64,000 nt of DNA, taken from Candidatus Versatilivorator sp. (GTDB lineage: Bacteria > Acidobacteriota > Terriglobia > Versatilivoradales > Versatilivoraceae). This document shows positions 28,579-38,568 of this stretch, in pieces. The translations under genes were made by a program, and so were the position numbers. The stretch is taken from positions 3,296,001 through 3,360,000 of the forward strand of contig OZ242296.1 of the NCBI GenBank assembly GCA_965207735.1, written 5' to 3'. A model generated the notes under the pieces. It had not been told where the DNA came from, did no database searches, and saw only the letters and a program-made list of their open reading frames with translations. Within the stretch, counting starts at the first letter, position 1, and each line of letters begins with the position of its first letter.

Positions 28579-30300
28579 TTACGACCGGTGCAGCACCGTG
28601 TCTCGAAGGGGCAAGCTGGGGCCCAGGTCGGGGTCCTCGTTGCGGTGGTAGTTCCTGCCCATCAGGTAGCGGATTTCCAGCTCCACGTCGTGTAGCAGGA
28701 TCTCGGGAACCACGGTGGGGTCCCGATGCTCCAGCAGGACCTCCACCTGGTTTTTCCCCTTCCGTGGCCAGTGGGACGGATCCAGGCGGTGGATGAACCA
28801 GTAGCCGAAACCCCCGCCCCGGTTGGGTGTGCTCATGCGATAGAGCTGGTTGATCTTGCGCAGGCCCGAATCGGGCAGGGTTTGGCCGTTCAGGCGGAAT
28901 TCCAGCCTGTCCAGCTGATTGGTGTTCATCACCCGGAATCTCAGCAGCACCTCATGAACCCGGCCGGCCCGGTTCCAGAAGGGGAGGTCGTCGCTGACGG
29001 GGAGTTCGAGGCGCAGCGGTTCGCCCTGCGCCAGCTTGCGGGGCAGGGGCATCCCGGGCTCCCAGGGAGGGGACTGGTAGCTTCCGGCTGTCGGGACCAA
29101 GTAGAACTTGTCCTTGGGCGCCATGATGTCGGGATGGGGAATCTCCCGAAGCTGTTCGTAGAAGGCGGCGCGATAGGGCCAGTTGGCTCCCTGGAACCAC
29201 TGGTTCAGGTAGATGCCGTCGACCCCTTGATCCCAGTAGTTGCAGGCCGCCGCCCGGATGACTTCGATGGACCCGTTGGAGAGCCGGTCGGAGTCGACCA
29301 TGCTGTTGAGGACGGCGAAAACGCGGGTTGGGGTGCCCTTGGCCGCCTCCAGCAGCGGCCGGTAGTCGGCCGCATGGTCCACCCGCCCCCAGTAGACCCC
29401 GAAGGTCTCGCCGATGATCACGTCCACGATCCCCCGCCGCATCCACCCCCTCACGTCCAGACCCAGCCCCAGGCAGGTCTGGAGGTCTCCCGGAACCCGA
29501 ATGGCCAACTCGCGGTCCTGCCCGGTCTCCTTCAGGGTCCGGTGGATCCTCTCGATCCAGGCGGTCATGATGGGACGGCCGGCCTCGACTTCGTCGGGAT
29601 GGAAGAAGTGGGGCGAGGGGCTCTGGTAGGCTAGCGTCAGCTCGAATCCGTCCACCGGATAGTTCCTGAGAACCTCTTCGATCAGGGCGAAGCGCTCCTC
29701 CCGGACCTCCGGATGCTTGAAGTCCAGACTGGTAAGCCCGGGGGATTCCGGATCGAGGTCTCCGCGTGCGCCGATCTCCAGGTGCTGGTTGTCCAGGCGG
29801 AAAAGGGAGCTGCGGACATCCTCATCTCGAGGCCCGCGTCTGCCCTGGTTCACCAGCAGGGCGGGGTAGAGGAGCATTCCCTTTTCGTGGGCCCGATCGC
29901 AGAGCACCTTCAACGGGTCCAGCCCGGCGTCCAGCAGCGACCTGGCGTTCTGTTGAGCCCGCTGGAAGACCACGTGGGGCCACTTGCGGACATGGTGCCC
30001 GAACACCTCTCCCACACGGGTGTCGTGAAAGACGGTGCGGCCGTCCGCCAGGCAGAAATTGAGCACTTCCACCGAGGTTTCCACCAGTTCATCCACCGCA
30101 GCTTCCACCTCCTGTTCTTGGATGGGAGGCTCGTACATGTACATCAGGGGGTGGCGGCTGTCGTGGTAGAACATGATGCGCGGCTTCTTGCGGGCGGCGC
30201 CGGATCGCGGCGGGGCCGGCTCGGCCGGCAGCGACGAGGCCAGCATGCCCGGCGCCAGGCCGGCTGCCAGGGCGGTTCTCACGAAATCGCGTCGTTTCAT
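28579..30300 (-). CDS. Tat-exported glycoside-hydrolase-like TIM barrel (GHL10/DUF187-like)
   Basis: Twin-arginine signal MKRRDFV with GGAGG RBS; LDFKHPEVRE...NYPVDGFEL. Confidence 0.7.
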   Translation of the reverse strand: MKRRDFVRTALAAGLAPGMLASSLPAEPAPPRSGAARKKPRIMFYHDSRHPLMYMYEPPIQEQEVEAAVDELVETSVEVLNFCLADGRTVFHDTRVGEVFGHHVRKWPHVVFQRAQQNARSLLDAGLDPLKVLCDRAHEKGMLLYPALLVNQGRRGPRDEDVRSSLFRLDNQHLEIGARGDLDPESPGLTSLDFKHPEVREERFALIEEVLRNYPVDGFELTLAYQSPSPHFFHPDEVEAGRPIMTAWIERIHRTLKETGQDRELAIRVPGDLQTCLGLGLDVRGWMRRGIVDVIIGETFGVYWGRVDHAADYRPLLEAAKGTPTRVFAVLNSMVDSDRLSNGSIEVIRAAACNYWDQGVDGIYLNQWFQGANWPYRAAFYEQLREIPHPDIMAPKDKFYLVPTAGSYQSPPWEPGMPLPRKLAQGEPLRLELPVSDDLPFWNRAGRVHEVLLRFRVMNTNQLDRLEFRLNGQTLPDSGLRKINQLYRMSTPNRGGGFGYWFIHRLDPSHWPRKGKNQVEVLLEHRDPTVVPEILLHDVELEIRYLMGRNYHRNEDPDLGPSLPLRDTVLHRS

Positions 30301-30535
30301 CGAGGCCTCCTTGAAGGGTGGTTGGAATGAGCGTCGGTCGGGTCCATTTCTATCAAAGGCTCGAACCGGAGCAAAGCTTTGGCTTGTCCGTTCTCCGGCA
30401 AGCTTCGCCTGGCCCGCAACCAACTCCGGCCAGCGGCAATTCATGAAGCGTCCTCTTGACAAGAGGCAGGGTTCAACTGTAGAAACGCTGTGAATACAAC
30501 GGTTTCCACCCCATTCACCAGAAAGGACCCCTCCC

Positions 30536-31363
30536 ATGAAACACCCGATTCTCTCCGGTGCTCTGTCCCTTTGTCTTTGTCTGCCGGCTCTTGCCGAAGG
30601 CCCGGCCCTGGACCGGGAGACGCATCCACTGGGGCTGGCCCTGGCCACGCCCTTGGCCGTTATACCGACTTCAGCCAATACGCCCGGCCGCTTTGGCGCC
30701 TATTTCAAGACTCGCGTGGTCGTACATAACCTCACCTCCAGAAGTTACACCATCAGTGCCCTATTGTGCGGGCCGAGCGGCATAGTTTCCGAACGCTCGA
30801 TTTCAATGAGCCCCAATCAATACCTCTCGTACGACAATTTTTTGCAGGACGTTTTTAACTACGAGGGCGCCGGAGCGGTGATTCTGTTGGCGGAAATAAG
30901 CTCTCTGAACCTGAATGACCCTGATCTGATAGGCAACGCGCCCTTCAAGTTTTCGGTGACGGCTGAGGTGTACAGCGACTCACCCAACGGCCGTTATACC
31001 ACTACGGTCGTCAACGGGATTGTGCCCCTGGTCGATGCAGGTCCCGAGGCCTATAGCGCCGGCGTTACCGCGGGTCCGGATCAAAGAGTCAACGTAGGAG
31101 TCTTCAACTTCGGTGACAGCACCACCTCGGTTCAAGCGGTAGTGCACGATTCATCCGGGATGGTGGTCCAAACCATTCATTTCACCGTCGGCGCCTTCTC
31201 ATGGCAGCAGAAAAACGTCAGCAGGCCGGTAACCAACGGTTTCATCAGTTGGCGGATCGACGCCAGCCCGGATACGCTGCCATACCTCTGGGCCGTATCG
31301 GTTGACAACCAATCCAACGACGGCACACTGGCCTGGCCGACACGCCCTGAAATCACTGAGTGA
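30536..31363 (+). CDS. Secreted beta-rich hypothetical protein
   Basis: Signal peptide; IPTSANTPGRFGAYFKT, RVNVGVFN and WAVSVDNQSNDG motifs. Confidence 0.75.
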   Translation: MKHPILSGALSLCLCLPALAEGPALDRETHPLGLALATPLAVIPTSANTPGRFGAYFKTRVVVHNLTSRSYTISALLCGPSGIVSERSISMSPNQYLSYDNFLQDVFNYEGAGAVILLAEISSLNLNDPDLIGNAPFKFSVTAEVYSDSPNGRYTTTVVNGIVPLVDAGPEAYSAGVTAGPDQRVNVGVFNFGDSTTSVQAVVHDSSGMVVQTIHFTVGAFSWQQKNVSRPVTNGFISWRIDASPDTLPYLWAVSVDNQSNDGTLAWPTRPEITE

Positions 31364-31707
31364 CGCGTCAACCCGCATTTCTTGGCGACGGACCCCGCTC
31401 GTGAAACGACTGCAGGATAACTCCGGCGGTTTTGCTTCCAACGGGTGCTTGAGACCCAAGGGAATCGCAGGAACTCCTTTCGAGGCAACCTCTCCGGATT
31501 GAAGGGAAAACACCAGTCGAGGCCCCTCCGCACCCGCGAATTCTGCAGACCGCCCTTAATATTTGGCAATTTGTAGAATATGGACCTTCCATTCATGCAA
31601 GCCGTTCCCGGAGGCGCTATACTTGGCGCTCCGCATTCATCCCGAATCCAAGAGACTTCATGGCGGTGCTCCGCCGGCGCCATGATGTCTTTAGGCAAGG
31701 CAATCCC

Positions 31708-32256
31708 ATGAAGTACTGCAGCCTGCCGCTGGCCCGATTTGTTGTGATTGCCCTCGCCGCAACGGTCCTGCTCTGGTGGGTCCTGAGCCCCTCGGACTGG
31801 AGCCGGCTTTCGGCTGGCCTGCAGACCGCCAAGACAGCGCTGGGAGCCAAGTCCGAATTGCGCCCGCGTCCCGCTTACCCGCCGGACGAGGTGGTGCGCA
31901 TCCAGATCGAGGCCTTGGGAGACAATGACCGACCCCACCCGGATGCCGGGATCGAGACCGCCTTCCGCTTTGCCTCGCCGGCCAACAAGAAAGCCACCGG
32001 CCCCCTGCCGCGGTTTATCGAGATGGTGCGCAATCCGGCTTACCGCCCCATGCTCGATCATCGCGGCGCCCGCTATGGTAAACTCAAGCAGGAGGGGAAT
32101 CAGGCTTCCCAGACGGTGCTCCTGAAGTCCAGCGACGGAAGCCGGGTGGGCTATCTCTTCCAGTTGTCCCGGCAGACCGAAGCTCCCTTCAAGGACTGCT
32201 GGATGACCGACAGCGTGATGCGCTTCGAGGTTCGAGAGGATTACCGCCAGGTCTGA
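31708..32256 (+). CDS. DUF4864-like protein
   Basis: PDEVVRIQIEAL...AFRFASP...FIEMVRNPAYRPM...WMTDSV. Confidence 0.75.
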   Translation: MKYCSLPLARFVVIALAATVLLWWVLSPSDWSRLSAGLQTAKTALGAKSELRPRPAYPPDEVVRIQIEALGDNDRPHPDAGIETAFRFASPANKKATGPLPRFIEMVRNPAYRPMLDHRGARYGKLKQEGNQASQTVLLKSSDGSRVGYLFQLSRQTEAPFKDCWMTDSVMRFEVREDYRQV

Positions 32257-32295
32257 TATCGGCCTCGCCTGCCGCCTCAAGTCGGGCGCCGACAA

Positions 32296-34947
32296 ATGCC
32301 AGCCTTGAAACTGATGCGATCGAGGACCCTTCCAGCTCTAGCCCTGCTTGCCGGGCTCCTGAGCCCGGCAACCGCCGGCCTTGCCCAGGACAAGCCGTCG
32401 CTGTATGAGTCCGTGCAGACCATCCTGGCCGAGAACTGCCTGAGCTGCCACGGGGCCGCCCAGATGTCGGGCCTGGACCTGAGGCAGCGGGAAGCCCTGC
32501 TGAAGGGAGGCACGCGAGGACCGGCACTGGTCCCCGGCAAGGCCGAAGACAGCCTCCTGTTCCAGGTCGCGGCCCATTCGGGCGAACTCCGAATGCCCCC
32601 CGAGTCGCCCCGCCTGCCCCGGGAGAAGCTGGACCTCATCCGCCGATGGATCGACGCCGGCGCGCTCTGGGAGGAAAACACCGGCGACGCCGACCCGGCC
32701 GCAGAAGAGCCCGACTGGTGGTCGTTCCGCAGGCCGCGGCGGCCCCCCTTGCCTCTGGTGGACGGGAAGGAGTGGCAGGGAAACCCGATCGATGCCTTCG
32801 TGCTGGCCAAGCTGCGGGAGAAAGGCTTGCCCGCGGCGCCTCCCGCCGACAAGCGGACCTTGATTCGGCGCGCCTATTTCGACCTGATCGGCCTCCCCCC
32901 CACGCCGGAGCAGGTGGACCGGTTTCTCAAGGACGACTCGCCCCGGGCCTTTCAGTCGGTGGTGAACGAGTTGCTGGCCTCTCCCCACTACGGGGAACGC
33001 TGGGGACGGCACTGGCTGGACGTGGTTCGCTACGCCGACTCGGCCGGGTTCGAAACCGATGCCTTCTTCCCCCATGCCTGGCGCTACCGGGACTACGTCA
33101 TCAAGTCCTTCAACGAAGACAAGCCCTTCGACCGCTTCCTTCAGGAGCAGATTGCGGCAGACGAGCTCTGGCCCAACAACCTGGACCTGGAAGGGAGCTA
33201 CGCCATCCCGGTGGAGAAGCTCCGGCAACTGGAGGCCCGGGTGGGGACGGGGCTCTACGGGCTGGTGCCGCAGACCGGCGAATCCAAGATGGACTCCAGC
33301 AGGGAGCTCAATGAAATCCTGACAGACTGGGCGGATACCACCGCTTCGGCATTCATGGGCCTCACGCTGGGCTGCGCCCGCTGCCACGATCACAAGTTCG
33401 ACCCCCTGTCCCAGAAGGACTACTACCGCTTCCAGGCCATCTTCGCGGGCAGCGACACGGTGGAAATTCCGGTGGTGACCAAGCTTTCCATGTTTCACCG
33501 GTCCGAATCCTACTCCGGCTTCCTGACCCTGGCCGAGCTCCGCTGGACGCATCGCTTGTTGGAGAAGAAAGTCAGCCGGCGGGTGTTCAATGCCCAAAAG
33601 GCGGAGTTCCCGGTGGAGGTGGTGCAAGCCTTCGAAATTCCGGACGACGATCGCACGCCGGAGCAGGAAAAGCTGGCCGCCCCCCTGGCCGAGGCCTTGA
33701 AGAAATTGGGGGACCCAAACGGTTTGACCCTGTTGGACCTGGAAAAGCACCTGACCCCGCAGGAAAAGGTCCAGCGCAAGGAGCTGGTGGAAAAGCTGGG
33801 GCACGCCGTGCTGAAGGTGCCGACCACCGAAGCCTCCCACCAGACCCATTACGACGCCCTGTTCGACATTCCCAAGGCGGTGGTCATGGGCCACCGCCAA
33901 GCCGAGCTGGTTCCGGCGATCCACGTGCTGGATCGGGGCGACCTGGGGAAGAACCTGGAGAAGGTGGAACCGGGGCTTCCTCGCATCCTGGCCAACGGAA
34001 TGGATCTGGGCCGGCCTTCCTCGGAGCTGGAGGTTCCCCGTTCCCGGGCCAAGCTGGCCCTGTGGCTGAGCCGCCCCGACCATCCCCTGACGGCGCGAGT
34101 GCTGGCCAACCGCCTCTGGCAGTGGCATTTCGGATCGGGCATCGTGATCACCCCCAACGACTTCGGGCGGATGGGCGCCCAGCCCACCCATCCGGAACTT
34201 CTGGACTGGCTGGCGACCGAGCTGGTGCGCAGCGGCTGGAGCCTGAAGTCGATGCACCGCCTTATCATGGCCTCCGACGCCTATCGGAGGACCAGCCAAT
34301 ATCCCGACCCGGCCGCGGCCGAAGCCGACCCCAACAATCTCTACCTGTGGCGCATGAACCGGCGCCGCCTGGAGGCCGAGGCCCTGTGGGACGCCCTCCA
34401 TGCCTCCGCCGGAACCCTCAACCGGAAGTTGGGGGGGCGGTCCTTTTGCCCGACGCCGGAGGAAGGGGACCTCTCGGGCAAGAACTGGATCCGGGTCTAT
34501 GCCGACCCCGAGGAGCAGAACCGGCGGGCGGTCTACATCCTGGTGCAGCGGAATTTCGGATTCCCCATGTTCGAGACCTTCGACACACCCGATCCGGCCG
34601 TGAGCTGTTCGGTGCGCGAAGTCACCACTGTGCCTCCGCAGGCCCTCTTTTTCCTGAACGACAAGATGGTCTTCGGCCAGGCCCAGGCCTTTGCGTCCCG
34701 CCTGGTCCGCGAGGTCGGAGACGATCCGTCCGGCTGGATCCGTCAGGCCTGGCGCGTTGCCCTGGGTCGGGAGCCCACCGCCAGGGAGCAGGAAGAGGCC
34801 GGGACCCTGCTGGACTCGCTGACCGAATCGGAGGTGGAAGCCGGAAAACCCGCCTCGCTGGCCGAGAAGGGTCAGGCCCGCACTCGGGCTCTCACCCAGT
34901 TGTGCCTGGCCGTCTTCAATTTGAGCGAGTTTTCCTACGTGGACTGA
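32296..34947 (+). CDS. Planctomycete cytochrome c + DUF1549/DUF1553 (PSD1) protein
   Basis: CLSCH; YGERWGRHWLDVVRYADS; CARCHDHKFDP; HPLTARV; HPELLDWLA. Confidence 0.95.
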   Translation: MPALKLMRSRTLPALALLAGLLSPATAGLAQDKPSLYESVQTILAENCLSCHGAAQMSGLDLRQREALLKGGTRGPALVPGKAEDSLLFQVAAHSGELRMPPESPRLPREKLDLIRRWIDAGALWEENTGDADPAAEEPDWWSFRRPRRPPLPLVDGKEWQGNPIDAFVLAKLREKGLPAAPPADKRTLIRRAYFDLIGLPPTPEQVDRFLKDDSPRAFQSVVNELLASPHYGERWGRHWLDVVRYADSAGFETDAFFPHAWRYRDYVIKSFNEDKPFDRFLQEQIAADELWPNNLDLEGSYAIPVEKLRQLEARVGTGLYGLVPQTGESKMDSSRELNEILTDWADTTASAFMGLTLGCARCHDHKFDPLSQKDYYRFQAIFAGSDTVEIPVVTKLSMFHRSESYSGFLTLAELRWTHRLLEKKVSRRVFNAQKAEFPVEVVQAFEIPDDDRTPEQEKLAAPLAEALKKLGDPNGLTLLDLEKHLTPQEKVQRKELVEKLGHAVLKVPTTEASHQTHYDALFDIPKAVVMGHRQAELVPAIHVLDRGDLGKNLEKVEPGLPRILANGMDLGRPSSELEVPRSRAKLALWLSRPDHPLTARVLANRLWQWHFGSGIVITPNDFGRMGAQPTHPELLDWLATELVRSGWSLKSMHRLIMASDAYRRTSQYPDPAAAEADPNNLYLWRMNRRRLEAEALWDALHASAGTLNRKLGGRSFCPTPEEGDLSGKNWIRVYADPEEQNRRAVYILVQRNFGFPMFETFDTPDPAVSCSVREVTTVPPQALFFLNDKMVFGQAQAFASRLVREVGDDPSGWIRQAWRVALGREPTAREQEEAGTLLDSLTESEVEAGKPASLAEKGQARTRALTQLCLAVFNLSEFSYVD

Positions 34948-35007
34948 GAGGCCTTGTTAAACTCGGCCGCGGGCTGTTACCATCACGGATTCAAGGAGCC
35001 AACGCCC

Positions 35008-36453
35008 ATGGATTACACCTGCTGCAACCGGCAGATGACCGCCAGGTCTCGGAGGGAGTTTCTGACCACCTCCGGATTCGGCTTTGGAGGCTTGGCCCTG
35101 GGCTACCTGCTGAATAGCGAGCACGCGCTGGGGAGCGTGGGTGCGTCTGTCCCTGACAATCCACTGGCCACCCGGATGCCGCACTTCCCGGCCAAGGCCA
35201 GGAGCGTCATCTGCCTGTACATGAAGGGCGGCCCCAGCCAGATGGACAGCTTCGACCCCAAGCCCCTGCTCAGCCGGCTGGACGGCCAGCCCATCCCTCC
35301 CAGCTTCGCCACCAAGGACCTGGAACTGCAATTCGTCAAGGTCGAGGACATGAAGCTGATGGGGTCGCGGCGGACCTTCCGGAAATATGGGCAATCCGGC
35401 CTGGAGATCTCCGACCTTTTCAGTCGGGTGGGTCAACACGCCGACGATCTGGCGGTGATCCGCTCCTGTCACCACGACTCCTTCATCCACGGGCCCGCCA
35501 TGAGCGTCATGCTGACGGGATCGGTGCGGCTGGGGCATCCCAGCGTGGGAGCCTGGGTGGTTTACGGCCTGGGCAGCGAAACCGAGAACCTGCCCGCCTA
35601 CGTGGCCATGTCGGAGGGAACCGGCGTGTCCACCAAGGCGGTCTATGGAGCCGGATTCCTTCCCGCAGCCTACCAAGGCACCTTCATGCGGACCGAGGGG
35701 ACTCCCCTGCGGAACCTGGCTCCCCCCATCGATCCCGGCAATCAGCGAAAGATCCTGGACCAGGTGGGCCGCTGGAACCGGAGGCACCTGGACCGGCAGC
35801 GGCAGGACGACTCCCGCCTGGCCGCCCGCCTGAACAACTACGAGCTGGCCTTCCGCATGCAGACGGCGGCCCCCGAACTGATCGACATCTCCGGCGAACC
35901 GGAGCACGTGCAGCGGTTATACGGGCTGAATTCCGAAAACACGGCCAAGTTCGGGCGGATGTGCCTGCTGGCGCGGCGGATGGTTGAGCGGGGAGTCCGC
36001 TTTATCCAGCTCTACAAGAGCGGCTGGGACGGCCATACCGAGAACGATCAGCTCCACGTGGGCAGCGCCGCCAAGATCGACCAGCCCATCGCCGGCCTGA
36101 TCGCCGACCTGAAGCAGCGCGGCCTGCTGGACAGCACCCTGCTGGTCTGGACGGGCGAATTCGGCCGCACTCCCATCAACCAGGGAAAGATGGGCCGGGA
36201 TCACAACCCCTACGGGTTCACCACCTGGATGGCCGGGGGCGGGATCCGCGGCGGCAAGGCCATCGGGGCCACCGACGAGCTGGGCTTCCGGGCCGTCGAG
36301 GACCGGGTGCACGTCCACGATCTGCATGCCACCATCCTTTCACTGCTGGGTCTGGACCACGAGAAGCTGACCTACTTCTTCGAAGGCCGCAACCGCCGCC
36401 TGACCGATGTTGGCGGACAGAACAACCTGGCCTCAAGACTGGTCGTCGGTTGA
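35008..36453 (+). CDS. DUF1501 domain protein (Tat signal)
   Basis: SRREFL; GGPSQMDSFDPKP; LLARRMVERGVRF; GEFGRTP; GRDH. Confidence 0.95.
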   Translation: MDYTCCNRQMTARSRREFLTTSGFGFGGLALGYLLNSEHALGSVGASVPDNPLATRMPHFPAKARSVICLYMKGGPSQMDSFDPKPLLSRLDGQPIPPSFATKDLELQFVKVEDMKLMGSRRTFRKYGQSGLEISDLFSRVGQHADDLAVIRSCHHDSFIHGPAMSVMLTGSVRLGHPSVGAWVVYGLGSETENLPAYVAMSEGTGVSTKAVYGAGFLPAAYQGTFMRTEGTPLRNLAPPIDPGNQRKILDQVGRWNRRHLDRQRQDDSRLAARLNNYELAFRMQTAAPELIDISGEPEHVQRLYGLNSENTAKFGRMCLLARRMVERGVRFIQLYKSGWDGHTENDQLHVGSAAKIDQPIAGLIADLKQRGLLDSTLLVWTGEFGRTPINQGKMGRDHNPYGFTTWMAGGGIRGGKAIGATDELGFRAVEDRVHVHDLHATILSLLGLDHEKLTYFFEGRNRRLTDVGGQNNLASRLVVG

Positions 36454-36629
36454 ACCAGGCAGCGCAACCCGGCGCCGCGGCGGTTCGAAGGCCGAACAAG
36501 TTCCCGCCACAGGTCGCTCCCGCCGTCAAAGCCTTCCCCAGCCCGCCCTTCCACCGCCTCCCGGGACGGGACTATCAGGTGCACGACGGCAGGCGCCACG
36601 GGGCTCTGCCCCTTCTCGAGGCTTCCACC

Positions 36630-37142
36630 ATGCTGGTGACGATATTTCTCCTGCTCTGGATCATTCCCCTGGGGGCCGTGGCTCAGGATGCCCCGCCGAC
36701 CTACACGGGAAGCCTCCGCCTGCCGCTGGAGCTGCAGACCCGGCAGGGTCAACGCCTGGCAAAGGGGAGAGTGGATCTGGAGGTACGGCTGGAGCAAAAA
36801 GCCTGGCTACTGTTTTCCCGAGGGGAGCAGGCCTTGGCCCGGGTGGAGGGGAAGGCTCTGGAAGGCGAACCACAGGACCTGCCGGGCGCGGTTCCCCTGG
36901 TCGGAACCGTATTCCTGCAGTCCTCCGCCGTACCCATTCGCAGCGACTTCGACCGGCGCTACAGCAAGACCGGAAAGCCGCAGTACCGGGAAGAGAGCTA
37001 CGACTGGAGAGGTACCCTCAGGGTGCACCGACCATTGAATCCGCAGAGCCGGGAGGTCTACTTCATCTTTCACGAACGCGGCCAGGACGAAACGCACCGG
37101 CGCATTCAGTTCACCTTCCTTCGAACGGGGAGTGCGGAATGA
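36630..37142 (+). CDS. Exported hypothetical protein
   Basis: Signal peptide ending AVA-Q; follows the DUF1501 gene. Confidence 0.6.
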   Translation: MLVTIFLLLWIIPLGAVAQDAPPTYTGSLRLPLELQTRQGQRLAKGRVDLEVRLEQKAWLLFSRGEQALARVEGKALEGEPQDLPGAVPLVGTVFLQSSAVPIRSDFDRRYSKTGKPQYREESYDWRGTLRVHRPLNPQSREVYFIFHERGQDETHRRIQFTFLRTGSAE

Positions 37143-37215
37143 GGAAAGCAGGAGAGGCGATCGGGTAGAGGTTGAGCACCCACCTAACCGCGTTCTTCAA
37201 CCTCGAATACGAGGA

Positions 37216-38520
37216 TCATTCCGCGCCGAGGTCAAAGGCCACGATCTTCTTTCTGCTGCGGACGTAGAGGGTGTTTCCAACCAGAGAGGGCACCGTCCAG
37301 CAGTTGTACCCGAGCGGCTGAGCCTGAGCCAGGACTTCGATTCCCTTTTCGCCCGGCGCGGCCAGGGCCAGGGTTCCGTCCTCATCCAGGATGATGAATT
37401 TCCCGTCGGCGTAGAGAAGGGTTCCCTTGGCGAATCCCCGATGGCGCCAGACCACCTCGCCGTCGGAGACCCGGATGGCGGTGAGAAAGGCCGGCCCGAA
37501 GTCGCCGCTGAATCCGTAGGCCAGGCCGTTCAGGCGAACGACGTTGCCGTGGTGCACCCGCATCCGCTTGGTGAACCACAACTCCTCCACCGAGGTCTTC
37601 CCATTGCGGCGGCTGAGCTTGAGGGCCCGGCTTCCCCCGCTGTAGGCCGTGGAGAGAAACAGGCGGTTGTCCTCTCCCCAGGCCGGGGTGCTGACCGTCA
37701 GGCCTCCGGCCAGGCCGTGGGTGTGACTCCAGAGCAGTTCTCCGGTTTCGGGATCCACCCCGACCACCTCCTCCTCCATCATGCCCACAAACTGGTCCTG
37801 TCCGTCGACGTTGATCAGGATGGGCGAGGAATGGGAGCGCTTGAAGTCGTGCCGGGTCCAGACCACCCGTCCATCCCTGGCGTTGAAGGCCATCAGGCCG
37901 TGACCGGGTCCTCCCACCAGGCACAGGACCAGGTCTCTGTAGGCAATGGGGCTGGAGGAGAAACCTCGGCTCAATGGGGTGCTTCTGAAATCCCCGGCCA
38001 ACTCGTACGACCAGAGAACCTCCCCGGTGTCCTTCTTCAGGCAGTGCAGGGTGCCGTTCCAGCCGATGGTCACCAGCCCTTCCCGGGTCAGCAGGGGGGT
38101 CGCCTGCGGCCCCACCCCATATTTGCGGTGGGTGCTGTCCAGCTCCCTCAAGATGGGCGCCGCATAGCGGTGCTGCCAGAGAGTGCGGCCGCTTGCCGGC
38201 TCCAGGGCGACCACGACTTCGTCCTCTTCCTGCCGGTACAGGGTGTAGAGTCGTTTCCCGTCTGCCAGGACCCCCGCGTAGCCGTCTCCCACCTCGCGGC
38301 TCCAGAGTTGAGGAGGCCCCTCGGAGGGCCATGAGGTCGACAGGCCGACCGTCTTGACCTTGAAGTCCCCGCCGGGTCCGCCCCAACCGGGCCACCCCCA
38401 GGATGGGTGGGTAGTGCAGCCGGAGGCCCACAGCAGCACTCCGGCTGCCGCCCATGGCCACAGGCGCCAAGGCCGGCAGCGGCCTACAAATCGTTCCTCC
38501 GCCTCTCGGGGTTTCATCAT
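37216..38520 (-). CDS. PQQ-binding-like beta-propeller protein
   Basis: WPGWGGP, GPQATP, SSSP and repeated TGEVLW blades. Confidence 0.9.
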   Translation of the reverse strand: MMKPREAEERFVGRCRPWRLWPWAAAGVLLWASGCTTHPSWGWPGWGGPGGDFKVKTVGLSTSWPSEGPPQLWSREVGDGYAGVLADGKRLYTLYRQEEDEVVVALEPASGRTLWQHRYAAPILRELDSTHRKYGVGPQATPLLTREGLVTIGWNGTLHCLKKDTGEVLWSYELAGDFRSTPLSRGFSSSPIAYRDLVLCLVGGPGHGLMAFNARDGRVVWTRHDFKRSHSSPILINVDGQDQFVGMMEEEVVGVDPETGELLWSHTHGLAGGLTVSTPAWGEDNRLFLSTAYSGGSRALKLSRRNGKTSVEELWFTKRMRVHHGNVVRLNGLAYGFSGDFGPAFLTAIRVSDGEVVWRHRGFAKGTLLYADGKFIILDEDGTLALAAPGEKGIEVLAQAQPLGYNCWTVPSLVGNTLYVRSRKKIVAFDLGAE

Positions 38521-38568
38521 TCCGTGCTCCTCAAGGGCCGGCCGTGAACAATCGGCCTGTTCCCGTCT

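Noticed and set aside
30301-30678. N-terminal extension of ORF 28579-30678
   Set aside because: Overlaps the divergent gene; the Tat signal and RBS place the start at 30300.
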